Made by a program: the position numbers and the translations under genes
The notes under the pieces: model-generated
What the model was told of the DNA's origin: nothing
Seen by the model: only the letters and a program-made list of their open reading frames with translations
The model's database searches: none
In this document: one piece after another, positions 9,406-19,337 of the stretch
Layout of the letters: each line of letters begins with the position of its first letter
Position numbering within the stretch: position 1 is the first letter of the stretch
From: a phage
Assembly (NCBI GenBank): GCA_020241865.1
Contig: GCA_020241865.1_4709.1
Reading direction: 5' to 3' (one strand)
DNA: 64,000 bases

Positions 9406-9954
9406 TTATCCCGGGTAAATAGTGATGACATCACCGATGACAGTTGCCGCACCGGCGCAAAGATACGCTGGTGATGTATCACGCTGGTTTGTCACGATAA
9501 GATCCAATTGCCCACGCCAAACCATGGAGGTATTCGCGATGGGAATCGAGATCTTCTTGGATGTGTCGTCACGAAAATCAATGACAGTAGCAAGGATAGC
9601 TGAATCAAAATCAGCATCGGTTTCAAAGATGAATCCGTACTGATCTGAAATAGCTTGAATAACCGCTCTTATAGTTGTTGTTTCAACCGACTCCAAAACG
9701 ATTTTCATCGGTATCCCTAGAAACGCTTTCGCGATATCACGTCGTGTGTAAGTGATAAAACTTTCACCACACCACCTTGTTCCTTCATTTGCTGTGACGA
9801 TCACTTTTGCCCTGTTAGCACCAGAACTCCTATCCAGGGTTAAAGTGAGATCGGAGTTGCTGAACACGCTACCGTTACGTTGGTTTATCAACGTAATCAG
9901 TTCGTCTTTCCACGGCAGGTAAAGTGAACGCATAAGCGCACCCTCCTCCAACAA
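9406..9954 (-). CDS. anchor-module-only protein (N-terminal fibre domain with no distal domain)
   Basis: 182-aa ORF; contains the shared module (YTRRDIAKAFLGIPMKIVL ... YGFIFETDADF) and ends 6 nt before the start of fibre gene 5875..9399. Confidence 0.6.
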   Translation of the reverse strand: MLEEGALMRSLYLPWKDELITLINQRNGSVFSNSDLTLTLDRSSGANRAKVIVTANEGTRWCGESFITYTRRDIAKAFLGIPMKIVLESVETTTIRAVIQAISDQYGFIFETDADFDSAILATVIDFRDDTSKKISIPIANTSMVWRGQLDLIVTNQRDTSPAYLCAGAATVIGDVITIYPG

Positions 9955-9973
9955 TCAAATTAAGATGCAAAAC

Positions 9974-10001
9974 GCCTCGAAACCGGAGTGCGATTCGAGG
10001 C
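9974..10001 (-). terminator. rho-independent terminator (8-bp stem, 12-nt loop) downstream of fibre gene 10090..11859
   Basis: GCCTCGAA/TTCGAGGC inverted repeat; on the minus strand it is followed by GUUUUGCAUCUUAAUUU. Confidence 0.6.
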
Positions 10002-10046
10002 AAACGTAAACAGTCTTAACGACCGCATAAAATTCCGCGCATATTA

Positions 10047-10058
10047 CCCCCCCCCCCC
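10047..10058. repeat. C12 homopolymer (G12 on the minus strand) in an intergenic hairpin context
   Basis: 12 consecutive C, followed by TCGCTTCGTCGAGGTAGGGGAGG, which can pair with the C tract; 32 nt downstream of the stop of 10090..11859. Confidence 0.9.
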
Positions 10059-10089
10059 TCGCTTCGTCGAGGTAGGGGAGGATAACACT

Positions 10090-11859
10090 TTATGCCGCTA
10101 CATACCCAGGCCAACGTTCTCTTGGCCAGTTTGTTGCGCCCTGTCCAACGTTGTCCTTACCAGAAGTTACATTACTTACGTCCCAACCACTAAGATCCTG
10201 GTTAAATGCGGTGTTGTTGCGCATCATGAGGTCGATCCTACGTAACGATTGGGTATTCCAGCCGGAAATGTCTTGGTTGAATGCCGCGTTGTAAGCAAAC
10301 ATGTTAACAACGTCTTGTAATTTTGAAGTGTTCCAGCCGCTTATATCGCTATTGAACCGCATGTTCGAGAACATACTGCTAGCGTTGACAAGACTACCTG
10401 TTTTCCAGTTAACCAGCTTGTCCCCATCAAGTGCATAGCAGCTACTGAACATGTAACTCATGTCGTTAACTTTGGATACATCCCATTTATCTAACCCGTT
10501 ACCAACGAACTTGCGACAATCTTGGAACATCGAGCTCATATCGGTAACCTGGCTCACATTCCATTTGCTAAAGTCGAGGTTGAGGTTTGTGCATCCGGAG
10601 AAGGTTTGATACATACTGGTGATACGACTAACATCCCATTCTTGAATGTTAGGATCATTAAGTATAGATAAGAATTTGAACAATTCGTCTAACGACGTCC
10701 ATTTCTCTGGGATACGGTTTGGTACGGTACGGAGTGATAAAAGGTAACTGGTTGACGGAGAGCGGAACATACCGTTATCCCAATTTACGATTTCTGTAAT
10801 GTTGGACCCACGGATCGTTTGGCGTCCGTTACCATTATACACAGACCCTGTTGCAGTTATTGTATATTCGTTTGTATCAGCATACGTATATTCAGCCTGT
10901 GTAGGCCACTCACCTATTACATCCCTATTCCCATCGCCCCAATCAATGGAAATATCTATCCAACCATCAAGATCTAGGGTAACGGTCCCGCCATTGGTCT
11001 TCAGGACGTATTTACCTGCATTGTCGGTATAATAACAAACAATCATCGCACCGTACAGGTTACCAATTTGCCAATCATCCTTTTGAGTTACCGCGATATG
11101 TGCTGTGCCACGTTGTAGGAAAAGAACCGTACGGTTCTCGTCAGTCTGTAATGTGGTTAATGCTTGAGCCTTATCATCGTCGGTAATTTCACCAGCTTCC
11201 ACTAAAGCACTTAACATTCTTTCGAAGTATTCGATGGGTAATTGGCGTCCTACAGACATATCAACTGATGGAACAGCGAGATCATCCAATGCGGCGGCAG
11301 TTGCAAGCACTAATGATCCATTGGTGGTGTCTGTTTCTTGGAGGTAATGCAGTCCCGTAATCTGGTACGCTTGAATGATTGTAATCAGATCCAGCGTATC
11401 GTTAATGACCTGTACTTGTAAATGTCCAGACCAAACATAGCTGCTTTCAGCAATCGGTAATTCGACCGACTGAATACCCGATGTTTCAAAACTGATCTTC
11501 TTATTAAGATCGGCTTCCAGGAAATCAACCGCGAGGTCGAAATTTATACCGTACTTTTCAGCGATGGAATCTATGATGTTCCTGAAAGCAACATCGGTAC
11601 TTACGATGAATCGTAAAGGGATTCCTGTGAACGCATTAGCAATATCTCGACGAACATACGTAAGTGATTGTTCGAAGAAATAGGGACTGTTATCTCCAGG
11701 TTTGATGGTTACCTGACACATTTCAGGATGTTCAGCTGGGATGAACGATTCAAATTTAACATCGGATTCCTTCAACGAAAGCATGTTCTTCCGGTTTACC
11801 AGCGCCAGAAGATCGGCTTTCCATCCAGGATAAACAGTAGACATAAGCACTCCAATCAT
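10090..11859 (-). CDS. tail fibre with shared N-terminal anchor module and C-terminal DUF285 (BspA-like) repeats
   Basis: 589-aa ORF; N-terminus YVRRDIANAFTGIPLRFIV ... YGINFDLAVDFL; C-terminal repeats such as WNVSQVTDMSSMF, WDVSKVNDMSYMF and FNQDISGWNT match the DUF285 repeat pattern. Confidence 0.75.
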   Translation of the reverse strand: MIGVLMSTVYPGWKADLLALVNRKNMLSLKESDVKFESFIPAEHPEMCQVTIKPGDNSPYFFEQSLTYVRRDIANAFTGIPLRFIVSTDVAFRNIIDSIAEKYGINFDLAVDFLEADLNKKISFETSGIQSVELPIAESSYVWSGHLQVQVINDTLDLITIIQAYQITGLHYLQETDTTNGSLVLATAAALDDLAVPSVDMSVGRQLPIEYFERMLSALVEAGEITDDDKAQALTTLQTDENRTVLFLQRGTAHIAVTQKDDWQIGNLYGAMIVCYYTDNAGKYVLKTNGGTVTLDLDGWIDISIDWGDGNRDVIGEWPTQAEYTYADTNEYTITATGSVYNGNGRQTIRGSNITEIVNWDNGMFRSPSTSYLLSLRTVPNRIPEKWTSLDELFKFLSILNDPNIQEWDVSRITSMYQTFSGCTNLNLDFSKWNVSQVTDMSSMFQDCRKFVGNGLDKWDVSKVNDMSYMFSSCYALDGDKLVNWKTGSLVNASSMFSNMRFNSDISGWNTSKLQDVVNMFAYNAAFNQDISGWNTQSLRRIDLMMRNNTAFNQDLSGWDVSNVTSGKDNVGQGATNWPRERWPGYVAA

Positions 11860-11882
11860 GGGGCGGTAACCGCCCCCATCAG

Positions 11883-14800
11883 TTAAATTGTCGGTTTCAC
11901 GTCGCGTAATAGGGCAATATAATAGCCTAATCCTCGGAGGATCTCCCCACTCCAGAAACCAAAATACATTCCGTCTCTGCCGAGATTAGCACTATCTGGT
12001 GCAGGACTCCACCCACCATTCATTGCGTCATCAACGGTGTAGCGGTTGATGTAGTTTTCAACGATTTCATTATAAACGTTAACGGCAACAGGATAGCCTT
12101 TATCGTTGGGATGCCCATACAACATCGCTAACGACGCACCCGCTAACCATAATCCTGCCATATGACCAGTAAAGTCATTAGGGATAAAAGCAGGGGGTTT
12201 ATCCATCGGAAAATCCGTAGGAGATTGATAAGCGTTTTCCTGTTGATACGTAAACAAGAAATCGATCCAATGGCTGATGTAAGTGGTTAACTTCTCAGGG
12301 ACAGCCAAACCACGATCAAGCAGTCCGGCATAAAGCCTCACCACTGAAAAGAAAGCCCTCGGCTGATAACCAGGCCATGCTGTCTGATCGCCGAAGTGGT
12401 ACATCGTAAAATCATTAACTTTCGATCCGCTTGGCGCATCCCAACGATCCCACACGTACGCACTTGCTCCTGGCCCTAAAACCCCGAATTTCTGATAATA
12501 CCACTGCTGCGAGTCATACCAGAAATTCACAACATTCTGAATCATGAGGTCACGTCGTTCAGCCGATACGTCCATATCCAGGAAGACCCATGGATGTTGG
12601 TAGCCGGGATAAGGCTGACCACGCCAGCTGTCGAACGTCGGTGCGTTAGGGATATAGTTGTTCGAGAACGGAATAATACCCGGAGTATAAGGCAATGGAT
12701 CCAGACGTTGGTTGACAATCGTACAATCGCCAACACGCAATGTGCCCTCTGCCTCAAAGATTGCTTTTAACGTAAACAGCATGGTATATCCGTCATCCGT
12801 GGTGTAAGTTGACGGTGGATTGTTGATGGCGTAAAGCTTAAATACCCCTTCAGCGATATCGCTGTCATCAGGCAAGAACAGAATTTCAGTTGAACCGTCG
12901 CCCCACACAGGTGCGGAAGGTTTAGGGTCAGTATCAGCATGGCCAGGTTGATACCCTGAGAGCCTCCATCCGTTCGCCGAAAGCGTCAATGTATTTCTTG
13001 CTGTGGTGGCCGGTAGCATATACCACCATCGCCAACCATTTGCATCTTCTACACGAACGTTGTAGTCAATCGACGCGAAATAACTGACCTGCCTTACGAT
13101 CTGTTTTGCGGTTGGATTGAATTCAAATTGTCCGCCTGCCGCAGTAAGCTGCGCTTTTAGGAACAACCCATCCCAGGAATCTTCCACTGCTTCGCTGAAT
13201 TCTGTTGTGATTGCGATATCGTCTTTCCAGCCGACTTTATCAGCCGACATCAACACCGAACCTGTAACAGCATCACCGGTTGGTATTGAAGCTTCATCAA
13301 CCGCATCAGCGGGAATCAACGAGCCTATTTTGAAATCCCATCCTTTCGGTTCAACGCTGGAAGGTAATACCAGCTTGTACGTTTTGGCTTTCGCTTCGGT
13401 TTTGTCCAAAGAAAGCGATAATGAGATCTCAACCGGAATTGCAACGCCTGTCGTATCTTTACCGCCGCAGGTTACCCGAAGAATTGAATCACGATTGACG
13501 CGGAACGGAATGGCCTGCTGTTCAAGGTAAATTTGTGCTGAAGATGCTTGAATCACGATCCAACCATCGGTATCACGCGTGATTGTGAACGGCGCTTTCG
13601 ACGGGTATGTATACGTGTAAGCGATACCGTCGGTGTCGTAACGATCGGTTCCTTTTACTTGACGGAAGAACTTATCGTTAGCGTCAATACGGGTATATTC
13701 TTCAATCGTAAACAAAGACGCCTTGTACGCTTTCTGATAACGCTCCTGCTGCGTTAAACGGTATAAGGTGTAGGCTGCTTCACAAAACCACTGTTCAGCG
13801 TCTGACGCGTTTCCCATGTAGTCTCTGGTGACCGGCACCTGGATCGGTCGGTTATGCTGACACTCGTTCGTTTTGATAAGGTATCCGCCATATTCAACAG
13901 GAACACGCGGTGCCCATGCAACCAAGTAAGAACCGCTGACGGATTTATTTTTGAGTACGATAGTACCTACTTCATCGTCAGTACACGCTTCAAGATCGTC
14001 CCCGTCAGCACTTACGTAACGTTTTGTGCGTAACGCAACTTTCTCGATAGGGAACACCGTACCCTTTGTATCCCAGTCAATCGTCCCATCATCATTGGTT
14101 TTGAACACATCCGCGTTCAAATTCTGCCAGCCGAGTTTACCTTCATAGACCTGAACAACAAGATCCATGTATTCCCCGAACGTTGGTGCCCCATGTGTTA
14201 TTTTCCCGATACCGTTGGTGAATGTAACCGCTGTGTCATGGAAACCGCCATGTGTTGGGTAATCGTCTTTTGCAAGAGGATAATGGGCCAACACAGGTTG
14301 TTTACCATTAACAATCCAGTTAGCGATCCAGCGTGCCGGTGTATCCGGTGGTTCAAGGCCTGCATAGAACGCTTTTATATACGCATCGAACGATGCCTCT
14401 GCTAATGTGAGATAGTGCGCTTTAAGCTTGGTATCATCCGTTGTATGACTGAATATACCCGCACCCAGAATTAACAACGACTGTCCTTCTGTTGTTGCGT
14501 CACCATCCGGTTGTGCTTCTTGTCGTGTTGCTGCAATGAAATGACGGTTGTTTACCATGACCCCGCTTTCATTTAACACGTAATGATCGGTTTCTGGGTC
14601 GGTAAACGTTCCTGTGTTTCGGGTTAAGAATCTTGCATGGCCATAACCAACGAAATTAACCGGCGACGCTGTAATCATCCATTTACCGATAAGTTGAGCA
14701 ACATCATTATAACGCTCGGATGCGGTGATTTGTTTCACGTACCAGTCTTTATGGTTAAATGTCCAAAGCAGGAAGTAATAAGTTGTATCGATTTCCATCA

Positions 14801-15479
14801 CTGGGAACGTCGGCGTTAACGGCTCCAGCGTTAAGTAGTTGCTCCAGTCAATCTGTCCGCCAACCACCGATGGGGTAATCTCTAATAACTGACACCATTC
14901 ATAACGGTCCGGTACACTACTGGACGTTGTTGGTAAAGGTAACTTGTATACGCCAGTACGATTCAGATCGAACGCTTTTCTAGCCGATCCTAAATCAACA
15001 TAAATACTCGATGATGCGCTTGCACTATATGCCCCCAAAGCACCTAGCGTTGACCGATACATTGAGATGAACAACGTATCTTTCCAGTAAGGGTTATCCT
15101 TGGTTGGTTCTAAAGCGATTTGTGCGGAGATGCTGTTCCATGTCCCTAACTGGTATGTCGCATTTAAAGATTCTTCTGTGAAATAACTTTCTGCAATCGT
15201 CAGATGGAACTGCTCGTTCAATAACGCGAGTGCGGCGCGGCCAGTAACATCCTCGTTACCGGTTTCTTTTTTCACGATCGCGCCGAACGGAAACAGTGTC
15301 GCGAATGACCGTTTTGGTTTATTAACCGTAACCGTCCCTGTGTAATTTCCAACACCGTCGAGTTTTTGACTATCGCCAACAGCAGTGACTGCGATACCAT
15401 CAACCGGGATATCTGTTTTATTTAGTATATTGAGTTGGTCAACCAGATCCTGCTTATCGTCAGGTAAGAATGTCGCCAT
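11883..15479 (-). CDS. large tail/baseplate-associated structural protein (possible tailspike)
   Basis: 1198-aa ORF inside the fibre locus; the N-terminal ~80 aa resemble the shared anchor module only weakly; no catalytic motif recognised. Confidence 0.55.
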   Translation of the reverse strand: MATFLPDDKQDLVDQLNILNKTDIPVDGIAVTAVGDSQKLDGVGNYTGTVTVNKPKRSFATLFPFGAIVKKETGNEDVTGRAALALLNEQFHLTIAESYFTEESLNATYQLGTWNSISAQIALEPTKDNPYWKDTLFISMYRSTLGALGAYSASASSSIYVDLGSARKAFDLNRTGVYKLPLPTTSSSVPDRYEWCQLLEITPSVVGGQIDWSNYLTLEPLTPTFPVMEIDTTYYFLLWTFNHKDWYVKQITASERYNDVAQLIGKWMITASPVNFVGYGHARFLTRNTGTFTDPETDHYVLNESGVMVNNRHFIAATRQEAQPDGDATTEGQSLLILGAGIFSHTTDDTKLKAHYLTLAEASFDAYIKAFYAGLEPPDTPARWIANWIVNGKQPVLAHYPLAKDDYPTHGGFHDTAVTFTNGIGKITHGAPTFGEYMDLVVQVYEGKLGWQNLNADVFKTNDDGTIDWDTKGTVFPIEKVALRTKRYVSADGDDLEACTDDEVGTIVLKNKSVSGSYLVAWAPRVPVEYGGYLIKTNECQHNRPIQVPVTRDYMGNASDAEQWFCEAAYTLYRLTQQERYQKAYKASLFTIEEYTRIDANDKFFRQVKGTDRYDTDGIAYTYTYPSKAPFTITRDTDGWIVIQASSAQIYLEQQAIPFRVNRDSILRVTCGGKDTTGVAIPVEISLSLSLDKTEAKAKTYKLVLPSSVEPKGWDFKIGSLIPADAVDEASIPTGDAVTGSVLMSADKVGWKDDIAITTEFSEAVEDSWDGLFLKAQLTAAGGQFEFNPTAKQIVRQVSYFASIDYNVRVEDANGWRWWYMLPATTARNTLTLSANGWRLSGYQPGHADTDPKPSAPVWGDGSTEILFLPDDSDIAEGVFKLYAINNPPSTYTTDDGYTMLFTLKAIFEAEGTLRVGDCTIVNQRLDPLPYTPGIIPFSNNYIPNAPTFDSWRGQPYPGYQHPWVFLDMDVSAERRDLMIQNVVNFWYDSQQWYYQKFGVLGPGASAYVWDRWDAPSGSKVNDFTMYHFGDQTAWPGYQPRAFFSVVRLYAGLLDRGLAVPEKLTTYISHWIDFLFTYQQENAYQSPTDFPMDKPPAFIPNDFTGHMAGLWLAGASLAMLYGHPNDKGYPVAVNVYNEIVENYINRYTVDDAMNGGWSPAPDSANLGRDGMYFGFWSGEILRGLGYYIALLRDVKPTI

Positions 15480-15492
15480 TATTTACTCCACC

Positions 15493-16323
15493 TTAATCGT
15501 AACTAAAATAAAGTTTGCTGCTGACGCCGCTATCGGAATGAGGTTTTAATACCAGAACAGAGCTTCCGAACGACGGAAGTATTGGAACATCTAAATCGTT
15601 CGCATCGGCAACTTTTCCATTATAAACGACATTGGCTGTTGTGATGAGTTCCCAGGCTAAGGTATAACTCATTGAAATCAGCGACGAGGCTAAACGGAAC
15701 GCATTGTATCCTTCTGGAGTATCTCCAACCGACATCGAACGTATCGCATCTTGCGGCGGTAAATTTAGCTTGATGCCGTATGTACTGAATGTGTGGAAAT
15801 CCCCTTGTTTACTATCTTCTGGATAATACGAGGTTAGCGGTTCTCGTACCGTAAACAGTTCGCTAATATCGGTACTTACCGCTTTTCGTGCGAGGAATTG
15901 AAACGTACCGTACCACGATGCCGATGCATCAGAATGAACGGGAACAGATATGGTTTTCTCGCCGCTTTCGAATTTAACCTGTGACGCTAACGCTGAAGAA
16001 TCAAAGATCGTTAAATCGATCTTCAACCCATACTTCTTAAACAGCTGCGTTAAGCAGTCTGCTATCGTCGTCATATCAGCAACGACAATAAAAGGTTGGT
16101 GTTTGATAAAGAGCTTATTAATGTCTCGACGTTGAAGATAAACCTGTACGGAGTCTTCGATATAGTAAGTCGATTGTGGTGTGGGGACTATAGAAAGGCG
16201 TAACCGACCCGATGCACCATACCAGGCTGGCGTTAACATAATGTCTGACAGGGATAATGGATGCTGGAGATAGGTGTTTATTTTAGATAACACTTCCTCC
16301 TGCCATGATGCTTCAGGATACAT
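15493..16323 (-). CDS. tail fibre-like protein with divergent copy of the shared N-terminal anchor module
   Basis: 276-aa ORF; YLQRRDINKLF ... YGLKIDLTIFD matches the module pattern (W-x-EE-L, RRDI, YG-x-x-D) of the other fibre genes. Confidence 0.55.
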   Translation of the reverse strand: MYPEASWQEEVLSKINTYLQHPLSLSDIMLTPAWYGASGRLRLSIVPTPQSTYYIEDSVQVYLQRRDINKLFIKHQPFIVVADMTTIADCLTQLFKKYGLKIDLTIFDSSALASQVKFESGEKTISVPVHSDASASWYGTFQFLARKAVSTDISELFTVREPLTSYYPEDSKQGDFHTFSTYGIKLNLPPQDAIRSMSVGDTPEGYNAFRLASSLISMSYTLAWELITTANVVYNGKVADANDLDVPILPSFGSSVLVLKPHSDSGVSSKLYFSYD

Positions 16324-16382
16324 GCTGACCTCATAGATGATCGTTGATAGGAAAGAAACCTAATTCATACCATGGGAACCTC

Positions 16383-16439
16383 AAAAAAAAAACGAAAAAA
16401 TAGGAAAACGGTGTTCATCCTTTTTAGGGATGAACACCG
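16383..16439 (-). terminator. strong rho-independent terminator closing the fibre-locus transcription unit
   Basis: 12-bp perfect stem (16409-16420/16428-16439, loop tttttag) followed on the minus strand by a U tract (A10 at 16383-16392 on plus). Confidence 0.8.
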
Positions 16440-16459
16440 CGTACCGTTATATCGAACGA

Positions 16460-17035
16460 TTAGTAAGGAATCAGATCATTAAGCTTTTCTTCTTCAATGA
16501 CAAAGAAGTTGTTCTGGTCGTCTAAATCTGTTAACAGGACTTGTCCGACAGTAAAGCACGTACCGCCCTTCTTAGGCACCCATACCGGCTCATTCGTTAC
16601 CTTATCGGGATACCATTTGAAACGATTGGTATCCAAGAAGAACGCTGCTTTGTTTGCTTTATCGGTTGAACGATAGCTAACCAATGCAGGCCACTCAATC
16701 CAGGTGTTTGTGCATGGTACATGTAAAGGATACCATGCGCGCCAGCGTTTGCCCGGACTGTTAGGATCAACCCAATACTCGGCAGTCAATACAGCATCTT
16801 TATAATGTTTCTGCATTAACATTTCGAGCACAAGCTCATTGCCTTTTGATGCGTCTAAAGTCACTTCCGTCATATAAAGAGATTTAGGTAATTCAGACTG
16901 TTTTGCGGGTGTTACAACACCGGTAACCAACGGTCTGCTCGGTTTACGTTTCTGTTCTTTCCGACGTGTGTAAAAGAATAGTCCGATAGATACAGCAACA
17001 AGTATAATAAACAACACTACCTTAATCCAATTCAT
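16460..17035 (-). CDS. membrane-anchored protein (N-terminal signal-anchor)
   Basis: 191-aa ORF; N-terminal hydrophobic helix MNWIKVVLFIILVAVSIGLFFYTRRK followed by a soluble domain. Confidence 0.5.
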   Translation of the reverse strand: MNWIKVVLFIILVAVSIGLFFYTRRKEQKRKPSRPLVTGVVTPAKQSELPKSLYMTEVTLDASKGNELVLEMLMQKHYKDAVLTAEYWVDPNSPGKRWRAWYPLHVPCTNTWIEWPALVSYRSTDKANKAAFFLDTNRFKWYPDKVTNEPVWVPKKGGTCFTVGQVLLTDLDDQNNFFVIEEEKLNDLIPY

Positions 17036-17781
17036 TCGTCAATATCTCCTTCCACAAACAGAGTCAATTTGATTTCAGGATCATAGAACATGGTAATCAC
17101 ATCATCTTGCTCTACTGAACGCTGTGCTGTCCATATTAACTGTTCATCCCGAATATCAAATTTATGTCGTTCGTCACTCACCACAGCTTCCGCATCAACG
17201 TAATGGTAAACATCACCGAGAGGATTCTCAATCCAGCCGCGTACCATCAAACGTTCTTTTTGTTTACGTGTAAAGAAGCGATAGGGATCTTCGCACGTGC
17301 GCCATACGTCCCCCTTCTCGCTAACCAGTTCATCATAAACTTTAGAGAGTTCGTCAGGCACCGGAATCAAAATGTTATCTTGATAGTTCGACCAGAAACG
17401 ACGTACGTCTTGGATCAACTCATCGTCTGGGAGTTTAGTCGCTATGTTACTATAATCGATTTCAACAGTATCGATATCAAGACGGGTAAACGGAAGAGCG
17501 TCTAGGTTTCCCACCATGACCTCGATCTGATCATGATGGACACGAATCCATCCATCGAACCATCTGTACCCATCAGCTTGATATAACGTTGTGTGATAAG
17601 TGACGACGTTAATATCCTCGAACGATTCTAATAAGGCTTTAGCGGCTAAAAGCGGTGAAAAGTTCTTCGATTGTCCTGGTTTACGTATTTCTTCTTTGAT
17701 AAACAATTTACCGAGCAGTGGGTGTTCGATAACAAAACCACAGGAAAGCATGATGCTTCCTTGATAACGTGCTTCTTGCAT
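17032..17781 (-). CDS. hypothetical protein
   Basis: 249-aa ORF overlapping the downstream gene by 4 nt (ATGA coupling); no motif recognised. Confidence 0.5.
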   Translation of the reverse strand: MQEARYQGSIMLSCGFVIEHPLLGKLFIKEEIRKPGQSKNFSPLLAAKALLESFEDINVVTYHTTLYQADGYRWFDGWIRVHHDQIEVMVGNLDALPFTRLDIDTVEIDYSNIATKLPDDELIQDVRRFWSNYQDNILIPVPDELSKVYDELVSEKGDVWRTCEDPYRFFTRKQKERLMVRGWIENPLGDVYHYVDAEAVVSDERHKFDIRDEQLIWTAQRSVEQDDVITMFYDPEIKLTLFVEGDIDE

Positions 17782-17956
17782 TTTTTATTCCTTAAACAAA
17801 AGATTGTCTTTTACGCGACATGATTACAAGTACACAGGTTACTGAATTTCTGTAAAAGTTAATTTTCGTAAACTAAAAGAAAATGTATCCGTGTTTCCTG
17901 GTTCTTCCCCTCCACAGCCTCAGGAAGAGAAGAACCGTTTGCTAAGTTGTTATGTA

Positions 17957-18205
17957 TTAAAATGCATTGATTGGACTGTTCAACGCTTTATCACGGATTT
18001 GAATCGCCGCCAGCATTGCTTTCTGGTACGAATCGTAGGCATCGACAGAAACAGTCGTATCAACCAATTCCTTTAATGCGGATTCAGCCGCTTTTACACG
18101 GACGCGGAACTTGGTGATTGCGTTATCTTTGTTACGATAAACCGTGATATGGTGCAGCGGTTGAACTTTGGTTTTAACAGATTTAGTTGCTTTGATCGTT
18201 TTCAT
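17957..18205 (-). CDS. hypothetical small protein
   Basis: 82-aa ORF with ATG start preceded by AAGGAAA. Confidence 0.45.
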   Translation of the reverse strand: MKTIKATKSVKTKVQPLHHITVYRNKDNAITKFRVRVKAAESALKELVDTTVSVDAYDSYQKAMLAAIQIRDKALNSPINAF

Positions 18206-18259
18206 GATGATTTCCTTCTTTATTAGGATGATTACGTTTAGTCAGTTTAACAGCATAAA

Positions 18260-18284
18260 CCCTTCCCGCCTTACGCAGGAAGGG
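18260..18284 (-). terminator. hairpin of the recurrent family (CCCTTCC/GGAAGGG) followed on the minus strand by GTTTATGCTG
   Basis: 7-bp stem 18260-18266/18278-18284; the same pyrimidine-arm/purine-arm/TTTATGCTG arrangement as the other family members. Confidence 0.55.
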
Positions 18285-18298
18285 CATACGGATTTGTT

Positions 18299-18796
18299 TT
18301 ACGTGTGTCGTCGTTTACCAAAGAAAATGTGGCTATCTACCACGGTGATATTGGTAGCATGTTTTCTGAAATGTTTAGGGCGAAGATGTTTCGCGTTAAA
18401 GAATACGGCTCCTCGTGTTGGGTCGGCTTTATGGTAAGCCGCAATGTCAGTATAACGTAATGTTGCGACCTCTCGTGCTATTGCTCTTGCTCGCTCAAAA
18501 GCAGCATGATCGCGTATGACAATACGCCTTTGTTTTGTCCAGGGGAATTGACCTCTTTGCAGTACGACGTCTCTGACGTTCGTAGGGAATCGGTAGTCCA
18601 TAGATCGATTATGTATTAAAAACGCCACGGAGTATTGCCCTTTTACAGATTCGCCTCTGGCTTCCATATACACCGCACATGCGACGATCTCTTTCCGGCA
18701 ATCGATTCTAGGTCCTGCGTTCACCGATGCTTGACTGAACGGTGTAATAAGCAACATAACAAGCCCTAAAATCAACGTGTGTAAAATACCTTGCAT
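18299..18796 (-). CDS. secreted cell wall hydrolase, SleB/Hydrolase_2-like (endolysin candidate)
   Basis: 165-aa ORF; N-terminal signal peptide (MQGILHTLILGLVMLLITPFSQA) and the VACAVYMEARGES motif characteristic of SleB-type hydrolases. Confidence 0.6.
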   Translation of the reverse strand: MQGILHTLILGLVMLLITPFSQASVNAGPRIDCRKEIVACAVYMEARGESVKGQYSVAFLIHNRSMDYRFPTNVRDVVLQRGQFPWTKQRRIVIRDHAAFERARAIAREVATLRYTDIAAYHKADPTRGAVFFNAKHLRPKHFRKHATNITVVDSHIFFGKRRHT

Positions 18797-19337
18797 CTTA
18801 ATAACCTCACGATAAGGTGCTGTCCACTGGCGTCTTGATAACGCATCCCGTCATCGGGTTGTTCTATTCAGCGGGCAGCAGGTTAGCGTCAGATGTTTGC
18901 CCGACATCCACGACAGAAATAAACGGTACTGAAATTACGGTCTCCTCTGGTTTGGCAATAAACATAACGTTGGATAACAGAACCCATTTCCCGCATCCAA
19001 CGCGGTAAAGGTGTACATCGTTTGAATTCATATAGTTTCTCAAAGATGTTAACCTCTACCGTCAAGCCATAGGTTGTATTTATCCCGAACATACGGATCG
19101 CGATAAATACGTCGATAGACTTGATGTGGTATAAACTCGCAATGTACGAGTTCGTCGCTTAATTTATGCCGTCGCTCCATACCGTTGTGAATACGACGTA
19201 TCTCCCGGATATTAAAGGTTGTTTTATTCAAGAGAATAGACATAATGGCAGATCGATGATCCAGATTAAAGATCGCCATCACGCTTCGTATCTCGCGTAA
19301 AACAACTTCTCTATCGACAAGGATGCGATTAGTTAAC

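Noticed and set aside
9988-10245. Plus-strand ORF translating the C12 tract as PPPP
   Set aside because: It overlaps the terminator hairpin and the 3' end of the fibre gene on the other strand, and its reading frame depends on the homopolymer itself.
13117-13757. Plus-strand ORFs 13117..13530 and 13548..13757 inside the 1198-aa structural gene
   Set aside because: Embedded antisense in a long, uninterrupted minus-strand ORF; no ribosome-binding site; low-complexity translations.
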